This document shows positions 12,901 through 25,134 of a DNA stretch of 64,000 bases, one piece after another. Origin of the DNA: Lingula anatina. Taxonomy: Eukaryota; Animalia; Brachiopoda. The notes under the pieces are model-generated. The model saw nothing but the letters and a program-made list of their open reading frames with translations, made no database searches and was not told where the DNA came from. The stretch is from assembly GCA_051362555.1 (NCBI GenBank), contig CM120640.1, positions 20,522,001 through 20,586,000 of the forward strand, read 5' to 3'. The position numbers were made by a program, and so were the translations under genes. Numbering within the stretch: position 1 is the stretch's first letter; each line of letters opens with the position of its first letter.

Positions 12901-15900
12901 CAAAAACTCCATTAAGACATTGCTGAATGAAGCAATAAACCTAACCTATCTATTAGTTTGATAATTAAAGGTGCTGTAGAATGTTTTATAACTGCACTGT
13001 ATTTATATATGAATCTGTCTTACATGTATTTGATATTTTGCATCAATTTATTTTTAATTACAGTCCAGTAAGTACTTTCAGTGGTGTGGTTTCTAATGTC
13101 ACTATCCGCAGCTTTATCGACAGTTCTTTAAATGTTTCTGTCACAAGAGGAAATATCAGCAGAGAAATCAACAGAGCAGTACAAAACAATGAATTGGTTG
13201 ATGTTGCTTTGAGTGGACTGCGGCATTTTCCAGAGCTTGTGTGGGGTAAATTACATCAAATTATTCATTGATTAACATTTCTTTAGCTGTATAAAAATAA
13301 AATGTACCATAAAATTTCCTATTTGATGAAATATTGCTGAAAAATGATGATGAACTTAATAATTTCAATTAAAACACTTTTAAAATAAATTTCTAATTTT
13401 TTTTCAGGTTTGTGTTTACATACTGTTGACAATAGCAGCCATGGTGTTTACCAGTGGAGACGAAGATGGACCAACGCAACAATTGTGACAAGATCTTTTT
13501 ATTTGCCCTGTGTGCACCATCTTAGAAATCCTAATACCACTGCTGTTAAACAGTGGTAAGTGCATGTCGTTATATAAATGTCATCTGTTTTAAACACTGC
13601 ACCAAAATTTGAAAAAGGCTGATCCTAAGTATTTATTTGAAAAGTACAGTATGCTATAAATGTACGTATATGTGGAGGAGGGCTTCACTTGGAGACAGGA
13701 TGAGAGCTAATTTTCAAGATGCTGTATGATATGTGATTGGTCAGCTTTTAAATTGCGTTTTCAATATTTCAACTCTTCTGTCTGTGTCTGTCCCCAACTT
13801 TGTCTTATTTCGGATTATATTTGTTTTTTCAGTACAATGGATGTGTCGTCAGGTATTGTATACTGGTTGCCAACAAATTTTGAGAACTGCACGACAAAGA
13901 CCACTGAAGGACTCCATAATTTAAATGCCACAAAAATTAACAGAAGTAAGTTCCTTTTTACTTTTTTCTGCCCATCAAAAGATTTAAGCATAGTTTTAAG
14001 TACATACTTGGATAATAATGATTTCATTGAGTAGTCATCCTTTCCTCATAGTTTTTTAATAGTAAATTAATGTAAATGGTTCTTTTCCTATATAAAGTTT
14101 TCAGATACAAAAATGCTTTACTGGAAGGATTCATTGATACTTATACAAAGACAAACATGTATTTTTTGTAGATAATGTTCAGCAAGTATCACAAGTCCTG
14201 AGTAATGTAACATCCAACTCTGAAGAATTATCAGGCACTGATGTTGAAATTGCCACAGATGTTTTGGACAGCATTTTGACATTAAATTCAACAGAGGTGG
14301 CACGTGTGGCAAAAGATGTTGTCCTAACACAGAGTAACTTGCTGGGGAGTGGTCAGAACTCTTTGCTACAGTCAGAAACAAACACCCAGTCAGTGAACAG
14401 GTAAAACTGATATCATTAATTTTACAGATATGAGCCAGTAGTTTGCCATTGAAGAGACAGTACAAATACATTAATAGTTTTCTTAATTAAAACTATTTTT
14501 TGTATTGTTCCAATTGTCAATTCATTTTTGATTTATTATATATGCATTTTAACCCTCCTATTAAGTGTACTGTATATTTTTTCCCATTCAAATTAGGCTA
14601 TGGTAGATTATCTTTAATAAGTCTTTTGTCAATGTTGCAGGATACTACGGGGTATTGATACTTTTGCTGAAAGAGTTGATATTGAGGGAACAAATCTGAC
14701 CATTGTGGCCCCAAACTTAGCAGTGTCAGTTGTCTCAGCAAATGCAGCAGACCCAGAATTCAGTGGTTTAGGATTTGATAGTGTGTCTGATGAAAGACAT
14801 GATGTTCCTCATGAGGACACTGTAAGTGAGACTGAGATGTAGAAATGTAATGATGATAATTGGTGACAATTGGCAGGGGGGCAGTTACTACGTGTAGTAC
14901 ATTATGGAACAGCCACTGATAAAAGGTGCTCCATGGCAATACATAAATTAAGCCCATATATAAAAATATATGGAAACTTGATCTATTCAGAACCAAGGCC
15001 TAATGTAATTGTTATTGTTTTTAACTTGAAACTTATAAGGGCTACTGTCTCTTTGTTAGCTAAATAAGGATTAAATTTTCCAATTAAACACATCATTTAA
15101 TTTAATTGTGACAATGTTTTAATAATAATAATAATAATATTTATTTCTTAAAACCGCACTACACTACCGTCTCAGTGCTGTTTACAGGTAAAATTATCAG
15201 GATTACAACTAAATATATAGATAATAAAAGCTAAGGTAAAAAACAATTAAAATAATTTTTAGAAAATATTTTTATGTCATCTAGGTTAGACTTGTGGGGT
15301 CTGAGAATGAACCCGTCCCAGATGTGGCTGATGTTGGCATACGTCTGCCAAGGACATTATTCAAAGGACTAAATACCACACAGCCAGCCAGTGCTTCCAG
15401 AGTCCACTTTGTGGTCTACCAACAGAATACTTTTTTCAAGGTACCTTATTATTATTATTTTTACTTCCACAAAGGAAGAAAATGTTTTTGTGTTTCTTGA
15501 TTAGTTATAATTTAAAAAACACCTTTTGAGATAATTTTCAGGAGGAGAGGTCAGAAATGTGCTAACTCATGTATCTAATCGATCAAAGTTTAGTAGAGAT
15601 CCATCAATTAATTAAAAGTAATGAGGATAAGGCTGCCTTGGTCCTGGCTATGTGAAATACACTCTCTGTTGTCCTTGTATTCCAGGTACTGGCCTCTCTC
15701 AGTGACAGTCCTGGCTCTGTGAAGACCAACACCAGTGTTTACCCATATGTGGACATTAATGGTCATATCATTGCGGGCAGTGTGGTTGGTCTGACCATCC
15801 AGAAGCTTGCTGACCCAGTCACTATATCATTCAGACATCTGGAGAGAGAAAATGAAGTAAGAATAATTTATGTTTTTGGATAAAGAAAAAAGTGTTTCCT

Positions 15901-17704
15901 TGTAAAGATTTTCTTGACTTTTTGTCATTCATTCTATAACTTTGAATGATATTTAGAATGGGACAGGTTCATGTACTGTGCAAATTATTTTGTATTGGAA
16001 GTTTATTAGGTAGATATATTTATCAATATTTGAAATGTAATAAATATACACTTTGACTTCCAGTAAGCATAGTTCTTGATTTGATCACTGTGAGAGATAT
16101 TTTATCATTTTATTTAATATTTTTACATGGTGCTTGTAAGGATTTTTCTTCATATGTGTCACAAACCCAGTGACATATCTTGAATTAAAGCTTTATACAA
16201 AAGGAGGTTCCTCAACAAAAGCCATTTCATCCATTCCATTCCAGACTGTCAAAAACTCCCAGTGTGTATTCTGGGACTTCTCTGCCAACAGTGGTCAAGG
16301 AGGATGGTCAGGGCGTGGCTGTAGACTGGCAGGTGACCAGCCGGGAAACAGGACGGTCTGCCAGTGTGACCATCTCACTAATTTTGCTTTGCTGGTGGTA
16401 AGTGCCAGTGAACTCTCACCCCAGTTTGAATCCAGTATGACAATTGCTTCAGTCAGTTGCCATGCAGGATGTGGTCAAGTTGAGTCCAATTTTCTTTTGA
16501 CAAGTCAGCAAAAAGATATTAAAGGGATAATAACTCTTCATATGATATCTATATTTCACAATAAAAACATTGTGAACAACTCATAGAAATATAATATATT
16601 CTGTTTTACCACAAAAATGGCAGTTACAGCTATTATTCTGATATGTGAGCTTGTCTTCAGACCACGTGACCTCCATTGATAGCTATACTCTGTTATAATC
16701 TCTTAAGAGATTTTAACAAAAAACCAAACTTTTTAGAAAAAAACCAGGGACTAACTTTGAATGTAAAAATGGATTCATTAACCATTGGTTAGTATGGGAA
16801 AATTGTTGTTTACTCCAGGAAAATTAATTTTTTGGCCAAAACGAAGAGTTATTATCCCTTTAATTTTTAAGGTTTTGAACAAAAGTTTAATAGTAGTTTA
16901 TCATATTATTATCTAGTCATAGATTCAGATCATGGGACATGTCACATGTGTGTCATGTCAGAGAAGATTGTTTTGTGCTGACACCATGTATAGGCTACAG
17001 TGAAAAAAATATATACATGTAAATATGTACATTGCAGGATGTTTATGGCACAGGTTCAGGAATTGATGAGTTGAACAGAAGAATTCTGATGATTGTCACC
17101 TATGTGGGCTGTGGTCTCAGTATTTTGGGTCTGTTGTTGACAATCATCTCCTACCTGGCATACAGGTAATAGTTTTGTGTTTTATCATTATTGCCAGTAC
17201 AGATTATTCTTAATTTGTATTTTTGAATGCAGAACCAAAGATATGGATACCAGACTTGCAAATAATACACAATGCAAGTTGAGCAATGATCAATCAGATG
17301 TTTATGTTAGTAATAAAGTTTTTCTTCTCATTCTGCGATATTTCATTAAAAAGAGGACAGGTTGTGTTTATACCGTCATTATATCTAGGGAAGTTTCTAG
17401 GGACAAAATTTTTATAAATTTAAATACAAAACTGGAAAAGTCATATTTTCATTAATACCCTCAAATAGACATGTTTAAGTTTCATACTATAAGTTCCTTA
17501 ATTTATGCATCCCTGTGTTTCTATCAGTTTTAATTTAATCAAATTCTTTTTAAAATAGATTTCCCTGTATGATAAGCAAGTAAGTCATGTTAGATTCCCA
17601 TTCACAGCAGGCAATGAGTTAACCAAAATGATTTATTCTCAATTTTATCAATAGAATCAAGTAATTGAGTGTTAATAGTTCTGTGTACATGACAAATACT
17701 GTAT

Positions 17705-17737
<33 letters not shown>

Positions 17738-18141
17738 TCAAAAATGACAATACTGGGTATATCTTAATTGCAATATGAACTTCTGACAAAACTTCACTGC
17801 AGGTCTAGTGTCAAGAGAACTTATGTGTGTCCTTTGCTGTCACCGGATAATTAGATTATACCTGTTTATTTTAATGAACATTGATCTGAGCTAAAGAAGT
17901 CCTGAATGTAACACCCAGTAAGCACAACCTTAAACAATGAACTAATCAAGTTTGCTATGTATGCAAATGCTTAAGTTGAATTTGAATGTGGCTTTATAGA
18001 TATCATTAGTTGATTTCACACTTCATGAGAAACTTAATCAATTGAAAAAGATAATAACACTCATGATGCATGTTAATATTATACATGTATGTTTTATCCT
18101 GCCATACCTTAGCCACAATTACATGCTTTAAGATTTATTGA

Positions 18142-18213
<72 letters not shown>

Positions 18214-21200
18214 TTGGTTTATGTATGTATGTATGCTTTCTGTCTCCAACCCAGTTTATTTCTTTCCCCAACAAATCTAGAAAGCAACTTATACATAAAA
18301 AGACAATTTATGCTCTACATTTTGTTTAAAATAAATTGCCTGTTTGTCTGGTAACCTATTCATTTCAACATACAACTTTTCCCAGAAGTGGCAGCTAAAT
18401 TATAAGACTTATTTTTTTTTACTAGGTGATATGTGGTCTCATATTTAACTGCTAATATTGATTCCATTGTTCTATGAACTTAACACTGATAAAATAATAT
18501 TGTGGAATCATTTGTTGACTCTAATAAATGTTTTGATCTGAAAAGCACTGTAATTAATCAATGTGGTATTCATATAGTAGTTTATGATAATGTCTGCATG
18601 TGCCAGATTTATTTTAAAAATCATTTGATTTCAAAAGTCTTCTTTGCAGAGTTTTATATGACTTACATTTTTAGGAAATAGTGGAAAGACCAGTTACGGG
18701 AATTTGATCTAGCTATGCTTGTTCAGCTGGGCCTCCTTTCTGCATGAAGTTGTATATAATTTGTTACATTTTCTAGGAAGTTGCGCAAAGACACTCCTTC
18801 CAAGATCTTGATCCAGTTGTGTTTTGCTTTGCTGGGTTTAAATATTGTTTATGTAGCTGGAACACAAAACCTGAGCAATGTTATTGCATGCAAGGTATAG
18901 CATGGCTTTATTTGTTATTGTTTTATTGTTTTTTATTGTCACAACAGTTCCAAATACATTTTTGTTTATTATTCACATTAAATTCCAAAACTGTAATATG
19001 AATTTTTCCAATGCAAGCTTACACTTGTCTTACTGTATTTTTTCTTTTTATACTGCATGTTTAGCCAATTTAAGACAAAAGTACCTATTAAATTTACTTA
19101 TTTGCATTTACTGAACTTAGATATAGGGATTCAGGATATATTTCTAGCAGTGAGATTTCATTGGGGGCCATAAAGGAAAGGGTATGGGTAAAAGATGTGC
19201 TTAACCTCCCTTTTCCACTTCATAAAAAATAATGATATTGACAGTAGTGATAGCAATGTGAATAATAATACTGATAGGGTAGCTGATACCAGGAGGGACT
19301 ATGAATCCCCATCTATCTGAAACTACCCTTTCTAAATTGTGTATTTATTCTTTATTTGCCAGACTGTTGCCATATTGCTCCACTACTTCTTGCTGGCAAC
19401 TCTGATGTGGATGTTGATAGAAGCTTTCTACATGTACTTGGCTCTGGTGAAAGTTTTCCAGACTTACTACAGGAAGCTTCTGCTCAAGTTTGCCATAGTT
19501 GGCTGGGGTAAATAGTGTCACTACTTTATCTATACAGAATGTTTGATGTATATTGCATGTAAAAAGCTATTCACCATGATATTTAAAGCCTCCCAGAGAC
19601 AGGACATTTTTTAAAATTTTATTTATTGTGTTACATTATGTTTTCTTTTGTGTTTCGGTGTATTTTGTATCTCTTTTAATTTTTTTTTAGTTTGACCCTT
19701 ATTTTAGATTAATTCTCAACATATTATATTTTTACTTTGAAATTTGTCATCTTAGATTAAAGTACATATTGTATATCTTGAATGAACACAAGCAAAAAGT
19801 TTATCACTTATGAGACTACTTTTTCACACTATATCAACAAAAAGTAAATATACATGCAACACAGATATATATTATTTTATGCTTTAGGTGCACCACTGGT
19901 GATAGTTGGAATCACACTGGCCATCAATGTTGACAATTATAACTATTACGCTGGATATGAAGAAGCCTTGTGAGTACTATTGCTTTAAAGTATTTGTGTA
20001 AATAATTAATATATAGAAAAACACTTAGAGTGGCAGAAAATCTTGGGCAGAATATGAATAGTGGTAGCTGGATCTCACATCAGCAAATGATGACACATTC
20101 TTAATCATTTTTAAAAGATATTGTCAGTACCCATTAGCCTTTTGACACCAGCAGGCAAGATGCAAAGCTGAAAATACGCAAAAGTCTCAATTTAAACATG
20201 TTTATAGTGACCTTTATGAATGCTTAGGATTGATCCAGTGATTTCTGTCAGTCTGACCTTGGCCTCACAAGTAGATACTATATTATACTTTCAAAGAGAT
20301 GAATTGTCAACTTGAAATCTTTTTCAGCTGCTGGCTTACAGTTGTACCGATGTATGTGACAGTGATCACCCCGGTGGCTGTGACAGTTCTCCTCAATTTT
20401 GTGGCGTTTGGGTTAGTTTTCCATCAGATTCGGAGCCATGTCCAGCAGAAAAAGATCACCAAGACCCAGAAGGCATCCTCGGTGTCACAAGTCCGAGGAG
20501 CCCTGAGCATCATGGTCTTGTTGGGGCTGACCTGGGTTTTTGCCTTCTTTACCTTCAGTGCAAGGTTCATAGTATTCCACTATTTGTTTGCCATCTTCAA
20601 CTCCTTGCAAGGACTCTTTGTATTCATATTCCACTGCTTCTTGAAACATGATGTCCGTATGATGTGGATGAGAAGTTTGCCTTGCTGTCCAAAACCCAAA
20701 GACAGCTCCACATTCAATTCTTCTACTGGAGGTAAGAGAAAATTTCAAATTAATTCTAAAGCACTGGGATGTTTGATTCATGATGGCTAATTAAAGAGCC
20801 TGGCCTAAAGTACAAAGTGTGCTCTGCAAATTACTGGGTAGATTTGTAGCAGTACTAGCATAAGGAGTGCAGTTAAAAAGTGAATAAGGACATTTACTAC
20901 ACAATATACAACATGAGGCTTGGAATCCAGATATAAGTTTTGTCATATTGATTTTGAACACAAGGCTCATTTAAACTATAACTCTGTTTTTGAAAAACAC
21001 CATTAGTCTTTTTGAAAGATATCGGCCATCAGGGTGGCCTCGATTTTTAAACACAAAATAATGCTTTCATACTAGTATTTCAGAGGCTGACTTACCCTTT
21101 GCAGGCTAAGAAAATAACTCAATTTTGTATCACTTTTTTTAAATTGACAATGTGCATTCATGATTATACATATACATGTATAATATATATCCTCTCAGTT

Positions 21201-22875
21201 GCCTTGGGAAAACTTGGCAGTCGTGTGCATCCTGCCAGGGCTAGACTCCCTGGAGCCAGGAAGGGTAGGTGGTGTGCAACTTGTGGACAAACTAATTTAT
21301 TTATTCCCAACTAATTACTTTATATTTGCTTCAGTCATGCACCCTAATGGGAATCCCACTAAATGAGAATAACCAAAATAACTTTTTTATTTTTAGATTA
21401 TGAAGATCTACAGGAAAACTCCTATTTGGATGTTTTAACTGTACATGTTATATTATTTCAGGCTGTATTTGTGTTATCATGATATCCCATATACCCTAGC
21501 CTTGGTGTTTTGCAAATGCAAAATCTATTTTTTCTCTCGCAACACTTATACATCATTTTCCGTTAAAAACCTTTCCCAGTGTTTTACTGTTAATTACATG
21601 AGTTTCATTGTTTTCCTTCACACCATTTTTTAAGTTAGGATATCCTTATTTTTATTTCTTTTTTGTTTTGTATTTTTAGTTTCAAACTCATCTAAAATGA
21701 CCACAAGTAGTAGTATTAACAGCCTTGGTCAATTGGCAATGGAAGAAAAAAATGTTAAGGTCCCACTTAACAATGCTTATGAAACTAGTGAGTGAAGCCT
21801 TTCTTGTTTTTTAGTTCAGTGTTACTTGGTTGTTTTTTTATTGTTAATTTTTATTTTATTTGAATTCAATTTACTATTATAAGGTTGTATAGAGTTGTTC
21901 TTTTGAATTATTCATCATTTTTTTCAGTAGAAATACATTGTTGTCATTATCTAAGTAATTTTTATCTAAGTAATTTTTAGTTACTAGTTAATGTTAAAAA
22001 ATTTCATGGTGCATTATGTAATTATCTCAATGTGCCCAATTTAACATCTTAAACACTTGATCATAACATTAAATGTGATAGCCATTAAAATCATCTCCTC
22101 AAATAGAAAACTAAAATAAAAAGGAAAATATTTGCAAATTCATTGTAGATCTTGTAGCTAGTTGTAGATCTTGACAGCAAATTAATTGATATCCAGGATC
22201 AACCCAAACCACTGCTATATCATTTTGGCCTTTTTGCAGTTTCACCAGTTCCTGATTACCATAATATTTTGGTACTCCATGGTTTAGTACTCTAATGGGT
22301 CATTTTGGATTATCATTTTGATTTTACAGTCAATTATTTTAAGTAAAATCTAAAAATCTCATTGGGTTTAAAATAAATAAAAGTGGCCTTAACTGTCCAA
22401 ATATCACCGGGTATTGTAATATTGTGTAATTGTTTGATTTCATTAATTGAAAATCACATTACTAAAGGAAATATAAAAGTGATACATTTATCTAGTGTTT
22501 TTATACATACAAGCTAAGGTACTCTTATATTTTTGTATGTGTATCACTTTCCTATATTCTTTAGCATTATGATTTTTTTTTTGCTTATTGGGCTTTTTAT
22601 ATTTTATTGTTAGCTTTTTTGTTAAAATTTCTCATTGATACGTGTATTTGGCTACCCTCCCCACCAGCTTTTATTGTCTTGTTAAAATAGAATAATTTTG
22701 CTGTCAATTTTTTTTATTCAAATTGTTATCTTGTGGAACAAATATTTCATTATAGTTATATAGAGTATATTCTTTCCTTTTAGTCCCAAGCAAGGGTAAA
22801 GTATATGAGACGAAATATGGTCCTGATCCAACTATCATCAAAAATGGAGGCATTAATAACAAGGGATTTTATTAA
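6972..22875 (+). CDS. Adhesion G protein-coupled receptor (ADGRG-like 7TM) with LRR, Ly6/uPAR, SEA-like, HormR and GAIN/GPS ectodomain; multi-exon
   Basis: Frame-consistent exons read by hand: 6972-7231 (signal peptide, LRR-NT), 7444-7515, 8324-8401, 8675-8746, 8963-9028 (LRRs), 10343-10491, 10993-11081, 11532-11727 (three-finger domain), 12403-12494, 12640-12707, 13064-13245 (SEA-like), 13408-13555, 13833-13945 (HormR), 14172-14400, 14641-14821, 15285-15440, 15686-15856 (GAIN), 16245-16397 (GPS CVFWD...GGWSGRGC...[13 protein letters not shown]), 17038-17165, 18777-18894, 19363-19507, 19888-19969, 20328-20731 (7TM: [35 protein letters not shown]), then tail exons 21680-21787 and 22784-22875 (less certain). 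Confidence 0.92.
16245..16397 (+). CDS. GPS/autoproteolysis exon of the adhesion GPCR (HL|T site and start of tethered-agonist Stachel TNFALLVDVYG)
   Basis: ccag| acceptor and |gtaagt donor; translation [51 protein letters not shown] fits the canonical GPS consensus. Confidence 0.95.
18147..18208. repeat. (AT)n microsatellite in GPCR intron
   Basis: About 30 uninterrupted AT units. Confidence 0.95.
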
Positions 22876-25134
22876 CTGAGGTGAATAATTACTTAAAATT
22901 GCAAACAGAACTGATATTAATGGAATTGGAGCAGTAAATGCTGATATTGTGCCTGTACTGTGCAACACTGAAGAACCAATTCTGAAGGATTAGTTTCTAA
23001 GGACAATACTCCTTGTTTATACATTATTTATTATTTTTGCCTTTGCCAGTTATGTTTCACTAGCATTGTAAGCTGCTTTTTTTTTTTGCAGAGATCAACA
23101 ATGTAATGAACAAAGCATTGTTAAGATGCATATATACAAAATGGTAATTATTGAGTTACAATTGTTGTTTAACACACGTAACAAACATGATTGACATGAG
23201 ACTAAGGAGGATTTCTCTGTTGAATTTGAAATTACAATTTGAATTTGCTCTCTATATTACCCTGTCAGAATGAATTGTTTCTGTTAATGTGTAATACTAT
23301 AAAACTATATAGACTCCTACAAGTTTTAAAATAGGAGGTAAGAAGTTAGAGTCACTCCATTCTTGTCAGCAATAAACATTTGTGTGTACATAGTTGAAAA
23401 ATGCATATCACATAGGTCCTACATGGAACATGAATTCATTCAAGTTTATGTCTTAACATTGGTATTTCTTAACAATATACCAGTACATTCGAAAAAAACA
23501 CAGCACAACATAAAAATTAAGAATTACAAAAAAAAAAAAAAAAAAAAAAAAGGTGGAGCTCAATTTTGCACCATATTCACTTTTTCCAAACTTGCAAGGT
23601 TGTATTTTGTTGAAAAATAATAATTTTAATACATCAGGAAAAAAATGCAATACTCCTGTGGCTGTTATACAGTTAACAGTTCTAAAAGCTGTTGATACAA
23701 TCATCTAAATACAAAATACAAATGAACATTATGTGATGATGTCAAGCCCAGGTTGAATTTATGAATGAAATGTGCTTTTAAGTTAAAACTCTAGAAATAT
23801 TGCAATATTGCTTAGCAATTTGAAATCTAGAAATTGTGATATTTTTTATGTGATATCTTTAGGATATGTATTATAAACCAACAAAAGCATTGTAAGGGTC
23901 TTTTTTCTTTAAGTTTATAACCCTTATTATGGTCTTTGTTTAGAAAGAAATATATTATTAAGAATGTTTATAATAATAATAGTATTATTTGCAATACATT
24001 ATTTATGCAAGGCATAACTGAACAAAATAGAAAATAATATTAAAGAACATTCAGGAATAGAAAACTTTATTTGCCAATGCACCAAATTTTTCATTGATCG
24101 AATATCAAGTAGAGTCAAAGAGGTAAAAGCAATAAACCTTAATATTTACAAAATATATTTTATTATTCTGTATGCAGTAACAACTTATTTCAGTCCCCTT
24201 CAATCTTTTGCACAAGGTTGAATTTTACCCTTTTTCACCTTCAACTTACTGTCAAAATATATTAAACATTGTACTCTTTGCAATAAAATAAATTTCTTGA
24301 AGTTTTAGTTTGAATTTTTTAATCCACCATCCACCTAATATTTTGATCTTATATCCATGAATCTGAGATCTGGTAAAAATTTAAAATTTTAAAATACTGA
24401 CAAATAGCATTATCACTAAACAAAATTGAACAAAACTTCAAAAGAAAAGGTTATCAATCAGACAATAGTGATGCCACATAACAATGATGTTGGAACTTTT
24501 GAAGTCTTTGGGGACATAAACATTCATGTATCAAATTATACACTTTTGCCTTTGGTAAAAATCCACTTCTTGGTCGACATCATTATTCTGAAGACTATAT
24601 AAACCTCTTCACCAACATCAATAGTAATATGTGATATTTATGTTAATTTAAACAGACTCAACTAAATATCAAAAACAGGTTCCTGCACCATCTTTGTAAA
24701 AGGATAATTTTCACAGTTCAAAATAAACTCATCATGCCAACTATTAACAAATACATGTATCTGGGTTTCTTTCACAAATTGCATGACTGGTATGAAACAA
24801 TTATGAAGAGTGAGATTGAATTTAATTATCACATAAAGTGCATACATAACTACTTGCTGTCATGTTAAAAATAACATAAACAGTTAAAAAGTAAAATGGG
24901 TTTTATAATAAATTAATTTCTTATAATATATCATATGAGAAAGTTATGAAAATGGCAGACCAGTTTCTGCAACAAAACCACCAAAGAAAGTTTGGAAAAA
25001 ATAAAATGTGAAGACAAAAATTGCACAATATTAAAGATTGCTATCCAAAGCAAACGTAATAAAGTCACTCTACAAAAACAAATCAGGTATTTGGCACAAT
25101 AATTAAAATAAGTACACAGTGAATACCACAATTT

